This document shows, piece after piece, positions 39,724 through 49,335 of a stretch of DNA of 64,000 nt (its first letter is position 1; each line of letters starts with the position of its first letter). The position numbers and the translations under genes were made by a program. The stretch spans positions 64,001 through 128,000 of IMG/VR virus record IMGVR_UViG_3300035661_000015. One strand, 5' to 3'. The notes under the pieces were generated by a model, which saw nothing but the letters and a program-made list of their open reading frames with translations, made no database searches and was not told the origin of the DNA. This DNA is from a virus (taxonomy: Duplodnaviria; Heunggongvirae; Uroviricota; Caudoviricetes).

Positions 39724-42700
39724 TTATACTCCCACTTCCTTTCCTGATAGTTCGGCAAATCTTGCCGATATTCTTTCGTTAATAATTTTTTCAACCTGTG
39801 GTCCAAGAGAAGCTAGAAGTTCCGCACCATTCAATCTTACATCCACAACACTATTAACATTCGCACTAATTTCACTAGGTATACTAGTTGTTTTAAGTGC
39901 GTCGGCCAAAGCGTTAGCGGAAGAAGCAAAGGTGTTTAGGGTCGGGTTCGAGAAATTAGATGCCTGTTTTGTCGCATCAACCGGAATGTCGGGCGTACTA
40001 AAACCACGTCTTTCTGAAATTTTACCTTTCTGTAAATTAGGTAATCCACGTTCTCTTCGGGGCACCACAGTATTATCTATAATACCCGAACTAACCCCAT
40101 TGAGGGCGGCGTTTCTTAAGTTTGATCGGTCATTACCGATTGAGGCCCCCGTAAAATTGACCGGACCCCTTCTTCTTTTCTGAATTATATTTTCAGGATT
40201 GTTAGGGGGCGTTTCTGGTAATCTAGCGGTCGGGTCCATCTCACTTGTAATTCCTCTTGCTAATCCAGATAGTGGAGACTCACCAACACCTTTTCCAAAA
40301 TAAGTTTTAAATATACTCTCTAGACCCTGTAAAAATTTATTATTCGAGTCGGTTAGATTATTAATTAAAACATTGGAAGCTTGTTCGGCGGCACTACCAG
40401 CCTTACTAATTTCTCCGTTTAGGGCGTTTCTCTGTCTGAATGCGGGATCTCTAGAATCCTGTAATCCTCCACCGCTATTTTTAATTAAGGTGTTTTTCAC
40501 ATTTTGGGCCGAGTCAAAGGTGGCATTTCCCCTTGCATCAACGCCCGTTTGAATTCTAGTTTCTCCCAACTGATTAAGACCAGCTAAAGCCCCCTTAATT
40601 TGCTTATCACCAAAACCTTGAAAACTACCATTATTAATAGCGGCCTGTGCAAAGTTCTGATTTTTTAAAGTCTCACGCCTTTCTTGGGGTGTAGCATTTA
40701 AAAAGCTTTCTGCGGAACCTAATCTAGACTTAGCGTCACCCTCAATTTGCTGATTAACGCGGGCTAATTTTTCTTGAGCCGCCGCCGTACTAGCTGCGGT
40801 ATCTTTTAAATTCTCAAGGGCCTTTATACCATCGGCAACTGACTTACTGAATTTAGTTACTTCGGAAGCGGCCTGGATAGTAGCTTCGGCGGCACCAGCT
40901 TCGGGTGAGTTTTGATTAGCGGCAACCCTAGCCTGTGCATTAGTCAAACTATCCTGATCACTTCTTAATTTTGCCCCAATCTTCTGGGGATCGAAAGCAT
41001 CTTGCGTATTAAATCCAGTTAATCTTTTTTGTTTTTCAACAAATGGAGCATTAAGGTCTTGTAAAGAAATACGGTCGATGTCAGTCTGTTCGCGACTCGT
41101 ATCTAATCCAAAACCCCTACCCTTACCACCAAATAGCTGAGATGCCGTAACGACTGGTAATTTATTTGAAAAGCCCACATTACCAAAATTGGTCTGTGCA
41201 TTTTCCGTATCGATCCTAGCCTTCTGTCTTAAATTACCAACCTGAATACCATTATTCTGATCAAGTTCGGCATCAATTCTACTAAGATTAGAAGCAATAA
41301 TATCAAGACCCTGAGTTAAGTCAGATCCAGCCTTTTCTAAATTCGCCGTAATCTTAGAGAACTTGTCATTATAATGGTTAAAGCTTCCTAATAACTCATC
41401 CGTAATCTTATCAAATTCGCCGTTCTTAGCCTGTTTTTTAATATTGCTAAATTTTTCATGATCATCAATATTAGCAAGAATATTTTGGCCAATCGGTCCA
41501 TTAATTCCAGACTTAATTAAAATTCCCTGTCTGGCCGATTTTGTCTGAGTTACACTCCTAGTCGGATTAGCTTCGGAATCTCTAATAAGTTGCTCTACAG
41601 TATCGGGCAACTGATTCTTAGCGTGTTCAATAAAACCACCACGACCAGCAAAAGCATTGATTTCTTGACCATTATTACCTAAAACATTAGCACCAAATTT
41701 AACATTTCCACTTCCACCCTGTCCCGTAAGAGCCGAATTAGAAAAAGAAAGATTAGAAAAACTTTTATTTAAATCATCGGTCGAATGTTCTACTGCGTCC
41801 GTAAATCTTGAAATAAAACTAGCAGCCTTAGAAAATTGTAAATTAAGAACTTGAACCGTATTCGTAATAGTTTTAGCGGCCTGAGCTTCTTCAAATTGTT
41901 TCTTTAGACCAGCTTTCGCCGCCCTAGAAGATACGCCGCTACTATCGGTTGGATCAGCACTACCGGCAGTTATACCTTCGATAATATTTTTTCCAACCTT
42001 GCTATTAGTAAACTTATCAAAATTACCAACTTTATCCGTCTTTAATAGTTGATCAAAAACAGCATGAGATCTTTCGGCGACAGGTTGACCTTCCGTAATA
42101 ATTTCTTTTAATTTGGTATTATCGATATTACCATATTTAGTGATAGTGCTATTATTTATAGCGTTCTGATTTTCACTTTGTCCAGGGGAAAGACTATCAT
42201 AAAAGCCCTTGTCAACTATACCACCCTTATCACTCGTATGTCTTTCTAAAAGTGATTGAAGTATATATTTTCCAAAGTTGACTGTATCCTTACCCGCCTC
42301 TTTAAAAGGACCAATCGGATCACTAAGTCTTTCAAGGTATGTTCCACCACCAGTCACATTTTTAGACAAGATGTTATTTTTAATTTGCAAGTCTTGCGAC
42401 TTTTTAGTGTTAGCAATAAGATCGGTAAAATCTACATTTTCCTTACTTCCAAAATCGCCCTTACTAACTAAGAATTTTTCAATACTCTTATCGAAATTTT
42501 CAATTGATTTAGATTGATTTATTTTAGCTAATTCTTCATCAAATTCACTAGCGGCCTTTTTGGCACCGATAATAGCACCTACAAGTCCAATTAGCCCACC
42601 GACAACTAATCCTGTGGGTCCACCAATAGCACCAGCGGCAACCGCACCTTGGCCAACACTACTTATAATGGAACCAACAACTTTTCCGGCTTTAGCACCA

Positions 42701-45700
42701 CCTGTACCAAAAACACCTGGCTTTTCTGCTGTGCCGGTAAAAGTTTCTGCTAGGCTAGGACCAAAAACAGTAGCCAAAGCACCAGCTGTTGTAGCGATCT
42801 TACTAAATTTAGAACCAGGGTTTTTACCAACTGTCGGAACTGCGGAATCAATATATTGACCGTTATCACCGGGTCCGTTCGGCCCGTTGGGTCCGCTGGG
42901 TCCGTTTTTTGATCTCCTTGATTTCTTTGATCTACTACCAGTACTATTATCATCACAAACACAATCTTTATCCTGTTTATCTACAATAGTATCATTACTC
43001 TTAGTTTTATTCTTGCCAGCATATTTTGACTTATCAAAATCTGACATTCCAAAAGTATTAGTAGAGGTCGATTCTTTTGATAAGCTTGCTGCTATAGCTT
43101 CATCTTTAATTCGTTTTAAATTTAAAATTTCCCCCGGCGTACTTCTAACTAAAGGTTTAGATAAAGGAACATCTTTTTGTGAAGCACGATGTTCAAGTTC
43201 TTTAGTAACCCTTTGCTTAGCCTTATAATAAGCCTCTTCGGTTGATTTACCCTTGCTTAATAAAATAACCTCTTCTTGAAAAGCTCTATTTAATAAAGTT
43301 AACTCTTCATTTTTTTCAATTTCAGAATTTTTTCTATCAAATAGTTTTCCAACAAGTTTACCTGTCTTTGTTTTATTCGCACCAGAATTACCAGAAATAT
43401 TATTACCCGCATAGTTTTCAATAGCGTTAGCAAATATTTCGCCCCTTAATGACTCGTTAACAGATCTTTGCTTTGCTTTAAATTCTTTTTTATTACTTGG
43501 AATACCTACAGTTTTATCATATCTATCCTCGTACTTAGTTTTATATCTATCATATTTTTCTTGAGGATAACTGGAGAAATTAGCGTCAGTAATTTTCTTT
43601 TCAATAGTACCCTTTTTAGAACTTTCGGGTGTATCTGTAGGTTTAGAATTATTTCTAAAGTCGAAAGCGTGAGCAGCTTCATGAGCTAATATGGGTAATC
43701 TTTCATTACCACGTAAGCCAGAATCAATTTTTATGACCTTAGATTTTCTAGAAAATGAACCTTTTGCACCGTCGAGCGGTAACTCTTGTATGCCATTAAT
43801 ATATTTACTAGGATCTACTGGAAAATTAACACCAGCATTTTTTAATTTATAAAAAACACTATTGGGATTGAGATTAACGCCACTAAGCTGATTTTTATCA
43901 ATATCATCCAGCGGCTTATTAAATTTATTATACCTAGCTGTACCAGGAGTTTTAGCGTCCACTATATTTCTAACAAAATCTTTGCTATATGGTTTTCCAC
44001 TTTCCTTATCAACATAATTCTTTTTAAATAAATCAATTTTACCAGGTTTTAAAATCCTTGATTTAATATTATCGCCGATATCTTTAACATCACTAACTCT
44101 TTCCCCTATGAATCCAGGAATCTTTGATTTAATATTGTTACCAATATCTTTAACATCATTAATTTTTTCCCTCGTGAATCCACTTATAATATCCAACCTA
44201 TTATCATTATCAATAAAAGATTTTACATCTTGTATCTTATTAGAAGTATAGTTACCAACCTTATTTACATTTGTTGTAAAAAAGTTTTTAACCCCATCTA
44301 TATATTCTTGTCTTTTTTCCTTTTTAGCCAAGATCTGTAATTCTTCATAATTTTTTTGATCAACAACACTAGACTGTCGCTCTTTGATTCTTTTTATTCT
44401 CTGTTTTTCTCTATCCTTCTTACTTACCTCGCCACCTTCGGCAAAGTGAGGAATGTCACCATGATCATTTAAATAATCTAACTTACGTCTCCCTAATTTA
44501 GTAGCAGAGTCCTTTTTAATTACGAATTCACCGGGAGTAGCAAGAATGGGGATATTGTCCGCGTTACCGCTACCGGGAATAGATCCACCATGAGCACGTT
44601 TAGTAATGTTGTTATAAATATTTGTACCAACGCCAGCAACACCTAACCCTAATTTCAAACCGCCAAGTAAAAGTAATCCCGGAAGAACGCCCTGTAAACT
44701 TTTTGCTAATATATTTAAGCCTGTGGCTAAATTAAGAACAAGGTCAGCAAATTGTTGAATAGGTTTAGAATTTATAATTATTTTGAAAATTTCCTCAAAC
44801 TGTTCCTTAACCTTAATTAATTTAACTTCAAGCTTTTCTTGTGCTTGAATAGAAGCAAGGTCCAAAGAGTTTGTACCACGTTTCGCAATATTCACAGCTT
44901 CCTGAGCCGTAGCAAAGTTCTTCAAACCAGGAATAATTTTACCAATCTGTCTAACGCCACCGATCTTCTCAACAATATCGAAATACTGTTGGCTCTTATC
45001 TCCAAGTTTTTCAAGACCCGCCGACAATAGTCCGAACGCACGATAGGCCCCCACAAAATTACCTTCCGTATCGCGTAAACTAATCCCGAGTTCTTTAATC
45101 TTGTCAATCGTATCGGATTTTTGAAGATTAGAAAAAATGGTTTTAAGACCAGTTGCGATACTTTCCGGATCTTCACGAGTCGCCTGTCTAATAGATGTAA
45201 AAAGACCAAGGAATTCTTCTAATTCGCCGCCACTCTGTTTGAATGACGCACCAGCAGTACGAATAGCCGTAACTAAGTCGTTAGACTCAACAGCAAATCT
45301 ATTAGAAACCGCATTAATAGAACCGAGTGCTTTTTCAAAATCTTTAGCCTGAATACTAAACTGACCCTTTAAAGCAATCAAACCTTCCGTAGCATTATTA
45401 AAATCAGTAAAAGATGGTGCTAAAGACGCCTTAGCCAAACCACCAAGAGACTTCTTAGTTTCTTCGGCAGACAAACCCGCCTGTCTTAATGTCGATGCAA
45501 CTTTAATTAAATTACTAGAGTTTAGGCCCAAAGATGTAGAAAGTCTTACAACCTCATCACTTACAGACTTAATTGACGTAGCCGAATCACCACCGACCTG
45601 TTTTAACTTAACAAGTTCGTCCTGATAGTTAATACTTTCTCTAACAGCAACACCAACAGCGTCCGCAATACGATTAAAAATTTGTGCAATACCAACATAT

Positions 45701-46095
45701 GCAGCAAAGCTTAAAGCCGTGCTCTTAACACGCTTTTCAAATAAACTTAATTCAGTACTAGCTCCAGCCGCCGCGTCCGATATACCTTTTATTTTCTTTG
45801 CAGAATTATTATTAGCAGAAGCCGCCTTACTAAATCCCCTTACCGATTTTGCTAAATCATCTAAAACCGCACCCAGGTTCTTACCCTGTGAGGCCGCACT
45901 AGCAAAACCGCTTTCAAGTTTACCTAAACTACCCCTAACCTTATTTAATTCACCATCAAGCCCCGGAGCAATCTTAATTCCTATGTTACCATTCAGACCA
46001 CTTAAAGACTTAGAAATAGCATTAGCAATAGATTTTAGATTAGCCGGTGGCAATAGTTTCAGTTGCCCAACAATATCGAAATCTGCCATATTCAT
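39724..46095 (-). CDS. Tail tape measure protein (TP901-type core) with accessory inserts
   Basis: 2123 aa; Ala/Gly/Ser-rich helical core; AHGGSIPGSGNADNIPILATPGEFVI and HFAEGG motifs; position in the tail module. Confidence 0.9.
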   Translation of the reverse strand: MNMADFDIVGQLKLLPPANLKSIANAISKSLSGLNGNIGIKIAPGLDGELNKVRGSLGKLESGFASAASQGKNLGAVLDDLAKSVRGFSKAASANNNSAKKIKGISDAAAGASTELSLFEKRVKSTALSFAAYVGIAQIFNRIADAVGVAVRESINYQDELVKLKQVGGDSATSIKSVSDEVVRLSTSLGLNSSNLIKVASTLRQAGLSAEETKKSLGGLAKASLAPSFTDFNNATEGLIALKGQFSIQAKDFEKALGSINAVSNRFAVESNDLVTAIRTAGASFKQSGGELEEFLGLFTSIRQATREDPESIATGLKTIFSNLQKSDTIDKIKELGISLRDTEGNFVGAYRAFGLLSAGLEKLGDKSQQYFDIVEKIGGVRQIGKIIPGLKNFATAQEAVNIAKRGTNSLDLASIQAQEKLEVKLIKVKEQFEEIFKIIINSKPIQQFADLVLNLATGLNILAKSLQGVLPGLLLLGGLKLGLGVAGVGTNIYNNITKRAHGGSIPGSGNADNIPILATPGEFVIKKDSATKLGRRKLDYLNDHGDIPHFAEGGEVSKKDREKQRIKRIKERQSSVVDQKNYEELQILAKKEKRQEYIDGVKNFFTTNVNKVGNYTSNKIQDVKSFIDNDNRLDIISGFTREKINDVKDIGNNIKSKIPGFIGERVSDVKDIGDNIKSRILKPGKIDLFKKNYVDKESGKPYSKDFVRNIVDAKTPGTARYNKFNKPLDDIDKNQLSGVNLNPNSVFYKLKNAGVNFPVDPSKYINGIQELPLDGAKGSFSRKSKVIKIDSGLRGNERLPILAHEAAHAFDFRNNSKPTDTPESSKKGTIEKKITDANFSSYPQEKYDRYKTKYEDRYDKTVGIPSNKKEFKAKQRSVNESLRGEIFANAIENYAGNNISGNSGANKTKTGKLVGKLFDRKNSEIEKNEELTLLNRAFQEEVILLSKGKSTEEAYYKAKQRVTKELEHRASQKDVPLSKPLVRSTPGEILNLKRIKDEAIAASLSKESTSTNTFGMSDFDKSKYAGKNKTKSNDTIVDKQDKDCVCDDNSTGSRSKKSRRSKNGPSGPNGPNGPGDNGQYIDSAVPTVGKNPGSKFSKIATTAGALATVFGPSLAETFTGTAEKPGVFGTGGAKAGKVVGSIISSVGQGAVAAGAIGGPTGLVVGGLIGLVGAIIGAKKAASEFDEELAKINQSKSIENFDKSIEKFLVSKGDFGSKENVDFTDLIANTKKSQDLQIKNNILSKNVTGGGTYLERLSDPIGPFKEAGKDTVNFGKYILQSLLERHTSDKGGIVDKGFYDSLSPGQSENQNAINNSTITKYGNIDNTKLKEIITEGQPVAERSHAVFDQLLKTDKVGNFDKFTNSKVGKNIIEGITAGSADPTDSSGVSSRAAKAGLKKQFEEAQAAKTITNTVQVLNLQFSKAASFISRFTDAVEHSTDDLNKSFSNLSFSNSALTGQGGSGNVKFGANVLGNNGQEINAFAGRGGFIEHAKNQLPDTVEQLIRDSEANPTRSVTQTKSARQGILIKSGINGPIGQNILANIDDHEKFSNIKKQAKNGEFDKITDELLGSFNHYNDKFSKITANLEKAGSDLTQGLDIIASNLSRIDAELDQNNGIQVGNLRQKARIDTENAQTNFGNVGFSNKLPVVTASQLFGGKGRGFGLDTSREQTDIDRISLQDLNAPFVEKQKRLTGFNTQDAFDPQKIGAKLRSDQDSLTNAQARVAANQNSPEAGAAEATIQAASEVTKFSKSVADGIKALENLKDTAASTAAAQEKLARVNQQIEGDAKSRLGSAESFLNATPQERRETLKNQNFAQAAINNGSFQGFGDKQIKGALAGLNQLGETRIQTGVDARGNATFDSAQNVKNTLIKNSGGGLQDSRDPAFRQRNALNGEISKAGSAAEQASNVLINNLTDSNNKFLQGLESIFKTYFGKGVGESPLSGLARGITSEMDPTARLPETPPNNPENIIQKRRRGPVNFTGASIGNDRSNLRNAALNGVSSGIIDNTVVPRRERGLPNLQKGKISERRGFSTPDIPVDATKQASNFSNPTLNTFASSANALADALKTTSIPSEISANVNSVVDVRLNGAELLASLGPQVEKIINERISARFAELSGKEVGV

Positions 46096-46257
46096 TCTCC
46101 ATTTATAAAATTAAAGCCATGCACACCCCTAAGTGAATAAGGGCGACATGGCTATGATATCCTTGGGTATAAAGCCCAAAATCTGAAAGAGTAAGCGGAG
46201 AAAGTTATAGGGGGCGATTCCCCTATTTTCCGCTCATCTTTATAATTATAAATACAC

Positions 46258-47058
46258 TTAGTCCGTGAACGGTACGAACTCTACTAGATAGTCGCCCTTC
46301 TCATCTAATAAGTTGCCCTTGTCGTCGACTCTCTTACCATCGTCATTCAGTAAATAGCCATCTTCGTCGATGCGTTTTCCGATAAGATTGATAAGGTGGC
46401 CCTCTTTATTAATTAGACGCATTTTATCATCAACCATTTTGTGGTCGGTCAAAAATTTATATTCAACGCGGGTCTTAACGCCTTCGGAGCTATCACCATA
46501 TAAAAGGATCTGGGCTTCGAGAGTCGCCTTCTGTGCAATATCTTCATCTATTCGGGCCAAGTAATCGTTCTCATCTTTAAAAACTAAAACGCCGTCTTCT
46601 GAGTAAAAGGTGATACGGGGGACAATATAATTAAATCGCGTGGCTTCTGCGAAAGCTTCGGCTGTTCTCTCATAGAAATCGCTCGTAACCATAATATAGC
46701 CAAGTCGTTCGCTACGGTCCCTAATCATCTGAATCGCCACTGATTGGCCAGACTCTTTATCAAGGCCCCAAAGCGGAATTCCGCCCTTAGCTAACTTTCG
46801 TTCGCCCCCTAGTAATTTCTCCGCTAACTCCGTGACCTTTGTCTCAACTTCCTCAGTTAAAAGACCGGCCTGTTTTGCAAGATCATTAACGCGGGACTGC
46901 AAAATATAATTGCCCGACTTAACGGCATTGGTCCAAGCCCCGTTATAAACCTTACCGGCATCGTTAGCCAATTTTTGACTTGGGACACGAACCTCTACGT
47001 CAACTTCCTTTGAATCCTGCGTAGCTTTAAAAAATCTGACATTCTTGTTGTTGGTCAT
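46258..47058 (-). CDS. Hypothetical protein, possible tail assembly chaperone
   Basis: Immediately upstream of the tape measure; C-terminal D/NxxG repeats. Confidence 0.5.
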   Translation of the reverse strand: MTNNKNVRFFKATQDSKEVDVEVRVPSQKLANDAGKVYNGAWTNAVKSGNYILQSRVNDLAKQAGLLTEEVETKVTELAEKLLGGERKLAKGGIPLWGLDKESGQSVAIQMIRDRSERLGYIMVTSDFYERTAEAFAEATRFNYIVPRITFYSEDGVLVFKDENDYLARIDEDIAQKATLEAQILLYGDSSEGVKTRVEYKFLTDHKMVDDKMRLINKEGHLINLIGKRIDEDGYLLNDDGKRVDDKGNLLDEKGDYLVEFVPFTD

Positions 47059-47067
47059 GATACTTCC

Positions 47068-47460
47068 TTACTTGTCTAGTGGAACAATTGGTAAATTTCT
47101 AATTCTTTTCCAGGTTACTTCGTACTCGTCAACTTCTGAATTATTTAGCCGAATTTGATGGTTTCCATGATTAAGAATATCATTTCGGAGTTCTTCCCAT
47201 CTCGCCCTAAATTTTAATTGCTCTGGCGTACAATCTCTTTGGTGAAGACCAAACCCCCATAAGTCGCCTATAGACTTCTCTACTTTATCAATAATACCTA
47301 TAAAGGTCGTCCTGATTCTTTTGGTCGTACTTGATTTTAAATTCTTCTTAGATCCCTCATTGTACACCTGTTGAACTTGTTTTTTTTCAACCTTGTCGTA
47401 CTGTGCAGCTAACTGCATTTTTCCCCTAATATCTTCACAAAGCCTGTTATAAGCATCCAT
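47068..47460 (-). CDS. Hypothetical protein
   Basis: 130-aa ORF coupled to the upstream stop. Confidence 0.6.
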   Translation of the reverse strand: MDAYNRLCEDIRGKMQLAAQYDKVEKKQVQQVYNEGSKKNLKSSTTKRIRTTFIGIIDKVEKSIGDLWGFGLHQRDCTPEQLKFRARWEELRNDILNHGNHQIRLNNSEVDEYEVTWKRIRNLPIVPLDK

Positions 47461-48530
47461 TAATGTCCCCCATGTCGTGTCATAAATTGATTAACGGCTA
47501 AAGCAAATTTTTGCTGGACCTCTGGAAAGTCAGCTTCATTGACTGTACCGCGTGTTTGAACCATATTCATTTTTTGTCGTTTGAGCATTTTACCCATATC
47601 GGAATTAAGTTCTTCTATCTCGCGAGCATCTTCGATATTGTCGGCAATAATAAAAACTTCATCCGAGTTAGCTATCTTCTCATTATCAATCTTGAATCTT
47701 TCTTTTTCCTCTACCTTACTCTTACGTTGTTGTAATATAATCCACCCGTCAAGGGCATCGTCATCTTCAACAGTTTTGGCGTCAGGTTTTTCGGGCGAAT
47801 TAAAAATGTTGTCATAGGTTAAAGACCACAAAGATAACACCCTCTGTTCTTCGGTTAACTCTGAGGCGGCCTTACCAAATAGGCCAAGTCCCGCCGATTC
47901 CCTACATCCCCAAATAGAACGCCACGGATCGGTACGTGCCAACTCTCTAAAAGTTGATTCACTAATTCTATTCTTAGATAATGAGGAAAGTGTTTCGTCT
48001 ATAATGTAGTTATATTTATTAGCACGATAATTACTAGATGGTTTAGACCAGAGGGGCTTACCATTTTTGTAATAAATAGAACATGCTGTTAAATATTTAT
48101 AGCGGGCCGTTTGAGCTAGACCCATAGCGGAGAGATGATCATAGGAGTGTCGGACTGAGTAAAGTTCAGAATGTAAATTTCTAAAGTGGGCGAGATTAAA
48201 CTTAAGAAGCTTTCTCTCGTCAGACCGAAATTTTGATTTGAAAATCTGTACTTTGAATTCTTCAATATCCTTTTCGATTTTTGAAAAACTTTCCTGCTGT
48301 TCTACCGTCCAAATTCCCTGATCAATTAAAAAGTTAAGCACGTCATCTTCTGACATTAACCCATCTTTTATTCCACCATCTAGTATTGACCTAAAAAGTT
48401 CTTCGGCCAAATACTGGTTTTCCAAACTAACATTACGAATTACAAATTCTTTGTTATCTATATAGTACCGAAACTGACCACTAACTATCCGGGATATGTA
48501 ATAACTTTTCTCATATTGTTCCATAGCCAC
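47460..48530 (-). CDS. Hypothetical protein (possible tail chaperone)
   Basis: 356-aa ORF; DDDALDGW motif. Confidence 0.6.
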   Translation of the reverse strand: MAMEQYEKSYYISRIVSGQFRYYIDNKEFVIRNVSLENQYLAEELFRSILDGGIKDGLMSEDDVLNFLIDQGIWTVEQQESFSKIEKDIEEFKVQIFKSKFRSDERKLLKFNLAHFRNLHSELYSVRHSYDHLSAMGLAQTARYKYLTACSIYYKNGKPLWSKPSSNYRANKYNYIIDETLSSLSKNRISESTFRELARTDPWRSIWGCRESAGLGLFGKAASELTEEQRVLSLWSLTYDNIFNSPEKPDAKTVEDDDALDGWIILQQRKSKVEEKERFKIDNEKIANSDEVFIIADNIEDAREIEELNSDMGKMLKRQKMNMVQTRGTVNEADFPEVQQKFALAVNQFMTRHGGH

Positions 48531-48609
48531 CTTTTGTTAGAGTTTTGTTTTCCGTAAATATAGTACCGAAAAAAGAAAGTTTGAGAAAATTTCCTAAAAA
48601 CAATTCCTA

Positions 48610-48642
48610 CCCCTTGACAAGATTTTTACCTAAGAGTAAAAT
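48610..48642 (+). promoter_or_regulatory. Sigma70-type promoter, antisense to the structural genes
   Basis: TTGACA (48614-19), 17-bp spacer, TAAAAT (48637-42). Confidence 0.7.
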
Positions 48643-48871
48643 GAATAAGAGGTATTACCCATATGATAAAGCTTACGAACAAAAATAAAAGTTACACTAT
48701 AAGAGTTATGCTTATGGTTACCTAGTTTATCTCAGTACTTAAAGTTTACCCATACCTAAATACGTGAGCGGAGAAATATGGTGGGGCGAATAACTCTAGC
48801 CTGTTCGCTATATCACCAGTAGGTTAAAATAAAGATGATACTTAATGTAACTAGGGCCAATTTTAATTCAG

Positions 48872-48946
48872 TACCAAGGAAGGGACTCGAACCCCCAAGA
48901 ACTTGCTTCTAAGGCAAGTATGTCTTTCCAGTTGCATCACCTTGGC
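48872..48946 (-). tRNA. tRNA-Leu(UAG), 75 nt, short variable loop, no encoded CCA
   Basis: Acceptor GCCAAGG/CCTTGGT, discriminator A; anticodon stem CTTGC/GCAAG with loop CTTAGAA; T-loop TTCGAGT. Confidence 0.88.
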
Positions 48947-48947
48947 A

Positions 48948-48975
48948 ATAAAGAAGGCCCCATTAAGAGGCCCCC
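48948..48975 (-). terminator. Possible weak terminator just upstream of the tRNA
   Basis: Minus strand GGCCTC-TTAAT-GGGGCC followed by TTCTTTATT. Confidence 0.4.
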
Positions 48976-48991
48976 TATTTTCTCAGCTAAA

Positions 48992-49324
48992 TTATGGTAA
49001 AAAACTATGAACGCCATCAGTATAAACCTGAATTAGTCCAGTATACTTATCTTTATCTGTTATTAAGCAAATATCGTTACCTTTTGTGCAACGCTCACTT
49101 CTTACGCCCACGACTGGTCCCTCTCTGTCGCAAACTGATAGCATAGCCCCTTTACCATTCTTATTATTTTCAGTAACCCATATTCCGGCAAGTCCGGCAG
49201 TCACTTGTATATCTATCCTATACTTATCATTACCAATAGAGATATGGTCGGGCTTGACAATATTTTTTAATTTAGCAATTTCTTCTTCTAGGTGCTTAAC
49301 CCTATCTTCAAGTTCTTTAATCAT
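48992..49324 (-). CDS. Hypothetical protein with N-terminal coiled coil
   Basis: 110-aa ORF downstream of the tail tube gene. Confidence 0.55.
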   Translation of the reverse strand: MIKELEDRVKHLEEEIAKLKNIVKPDHISIGNDKYRIDIQVTAGLAGIWVTENNKNGKGAMLSVCDREGPVVGVRSERCTKGNDICLITDKDKYTGLIQVYTDGVHSFLP

Positions 49325-49335
49325 AAAAATAATCC

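Noticed and set aside
46096-47460. Programmed -1 frameshift for tail chaperones (lambda G/GT type)
   Set aside because: I found no XXXYYYZ slippery site at the ORF ends and no overlapping downstream frame.
48872-48946. Amber suppressor tRNA or genetic-code reassignment
   Set aside because: CTA appears on the plus strand, but the gene is on the minus strand, so the anticodon is UAG (Leu). Long genes are intact under the standard code.
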